From Fimbriosthenelais zetlandica (Eukaryota): a stretch of 64,000 nucleotides of DNA. The translations under genes were made by a program, and so were the position numbers. The notes beneath the pieces were generated by a model. That model was given only the letters and a program-made list of their open reading frames with translations, was not told the DNA's origin and made no database searches. This document shows positions 61,551 through 64,000 of this stretch, piece by piece; position 1 is the first letter of the stretch; each line of letters begins with the position of its first letter. The stretch spans positions 2,728,001 to 2,792,000 of the forward strand of contig OZ365115.1 in the NCBI GenBank assembly GCA_977030845.1, in the 5' to 3' direction.

Positions 61551-64000
61551 ATACCAGAACCATTCACGATATATTATATGGGGGTCTACGGTATAATAGT
61601 ACAGCCAGGGTTTGCAGCTCATTTAGGGCGGATTTTAATATATAGCCCAGGTCAGACGGCCAATGGATACACAAAGAGAGAAGACCCATCACAGACGGTG
61701 GACGAGGGCTGAGAAAATGAGGAGGCAAGATAGAACCATACTGGTAGATTGAGGGACAGAAAGAGGAAGAACAAGTGGCAAGAAAAAATCATTGGGCGTA
61801 CGTATAAGTGGGGGAAAGGTCATTGTTTTAAAGGTGGGGAAATTGGGGGCAGGAAGAAGTGGGCTTCTATAGTGATTTCTGATGCTCACGAGGGTTATAT
61901 ATATAAAGAGTATGGCCCTCTTGAGGCATACTAATAATGTAAAGTCAATATCAGAAAATTACTAAAATAAAACATTTCTCATACACTGCTTATCTATTTT
62001 GTCTCAATGGAAGTTTGTTCTATTCATCCTAACATGGCAAGATGAAACTTGCAAGGAAATGGTTTTGTCGATGAAACCGATTTCCAGATGGTTTATAAGA
62101 ACATAAACGTAATAGAACAATGCTTTTTTGAGACAATGGTGATCTCATACAATCTCGTTTAAGTATGGTATATAACATTGAATGAAATCGTTGGAATTTC
62201 ACTCAAGCGATTTCTAAAGTGTAAGCTCATTACATGTGCAATGGTCTTATAGCAATATTCAGTAGGAGACAGGGAAACTGTACTGTGAAATGTGTGTAAA
62301 TCGTATCTAGATGAAGGACATTTATGCATTGTTGGTTCTTGAGAAGAAAAACCATTTAAAATCAAGGAGGGGTTTGTTGGACTGCCGTGGCGGTACACCG
62401 TTCAGTGTGAGCCACTCGGTGAGCACCTCGGTGACTGGTGGAGCAGTATGGGGAGTCACTCATACATGAGTGTTAATGGTGGAGTGGTGCTCACAGATAA
62501 CTTTGACGATGCTCTCCACTTCACTGCTCACTGCTCAAGTTCTACCTCCCCCCTATATGCACCCACTCCGCTCTTTTCAACTTTCTATTAAACCCAGTAT
62601 GGTTCTCTTTCTGCTTTTCATTTCTTCTTCATTTCATTGTATTTCCCCATTTCAATTATCCACATCTCACTGTCTTGAATTTCCTCATTTTCACACATTT
62701 TCTTACACCTAGCTAGTTTCTTGCTTTCTCCCTTTTCCCTCATTCTTTCTTTAACTCCTGTTGTTCCATGATTCCCCTATATCCCTTCCAGATTCATAAT
62801 TGCATTCCCAAATTGTGTTTCTCAAAATTGTAACTATATTCTCCTATTTAATTAGGACTACCTTGACACTAACAATTAGGAACTCAACTCTTAATTAACT
62901 TCAAACTTATCTCTTAAATGTGTCAATGAATGAATACACTAGTTAATTATTTCCTGTAATGACTTTTTCCTATGAGATACCAATTAAAGTGTAGTATTAC
63001 CAATAAGCTCTCTCCCGACATTTCGAAGAGAAAAATGATCTAAGAAAGTGACAGAAGTGATCATTTACAGAATGATTAAAATTTGTGTTAAAAACAATAT
63101 TTGTTCATAACTAATGAAAAATAATTTGCCAACGTTTCATAGCATGTGAAGGGAAATTTCTGTATTACTCTGAATTGTATTGAATACCAATTTTTTGCCA
63201 AAATGTTACTACAAATGTGTGACCAATTACAATTTTGAGCATCTTATTAGCATCAGTTTTATTGGAGAATAATATATGTTTTTATATGAGTTTGGTATAA
63301 TGGAAAAGTACACGTGTAAACGCCCACCTGACAATGGAAGGAACATCAGGTGGACGACCCGGGGACGATCATGACATTTAGAGTATCGATACTCGAGAAT
63401 AAACCCAAGTACTCTATTCTACAGATGTAGTCTATAATATTCAAGGTACGGGGCAAGGCTTAAAGAAACCACCACAAGCTTTGATATGTAAATTTTAAAA
63501 CAAAAAGGGACACAATGAATGGTTTCCCCATGAAAATAAATCAGCCCTCTTGACATTTTAAAACCATGTACAGATGGAGGTTTATTAGACACTCTATCTT
63601 TTGCTCCTTTAAGTGCTACCCTCAGAGTTTAAACTGCAGCCAATTTGCCATGTCATATTGCTTCCATAAGGATAGTTAAGTAAGTTATCACGGGAGGGTA
63701 ATATAGGGGCAGGTGGGGGCGTGGTCATGAGGGTGGTAGGTAGAACCCCATGGGGGTAAATACCATAGTCAATAATAATGGGGTAATGTCTATAGTAATA
63801 TTATATTCTTGTAGGCGTAATCATGATTACTTTTTTTGTGGTTTTAGCTCTATCTAAAATGGATGAAATATAGTGAGTATCATTAAATGACACCCACTAA
63901 ATGGTCAGAACTGAATGTTTGAACACCATTAACACATGCTAACTAAAGCGACCATGTCACTGCATTATCAAAGTGTGATATTTAGGAAAATGCTTTCTTA

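Overview
Animal genomic DNA, AT-rich with GT-AG introns; it looks like a marine invertebrate, but the taxon cannot be fixed from sequence alone. Two intron-containing genes lie on the minus strand. (1) A complete 6-exon histamine N-methyltransferase-like (HNMT family) SAM-dependent methyltransferase at 2023-4098, 273 aa. (2) A 5'-incomplete THSD7A/THSD7B-like type I membrane protein with 24 phase-consistent exons at 9712-44586, >=1643 aa: tandem TSP1 modules, two EGF-like modules, a TM helix and an unusually long (~412 aa) proline-rich cytoplasmic tail with a DYVPM motif. Its N-terminal exons were not found in the remaining 19 kb. Between the genes (4769-8220) is the most unusual structure: an alternating head-to-head/tail-to-tail array of five modules. 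Each has a conserved upstream arm (~350 bp when complete) and a Pol III-type tRNA-like cassette; the anticodon-position triplets are CUA, UCA, GCA, GCC and CUA, and 86-87 bp tandem repeats join the modules. Its centre is a 1.56-kb foldback with exactly symmetric ends. The THSD7-like introns hold a 6.9-kb array of ~21.5 copies of a 321-bp unit, a LINE 3' fragment whose target-site duplication overlaps a splice donor, a hAT-like non-autonomous element, MITEs, SINE heads, palindromes and two candidate recursive splice sites. All calls were made by eye, without database searches.
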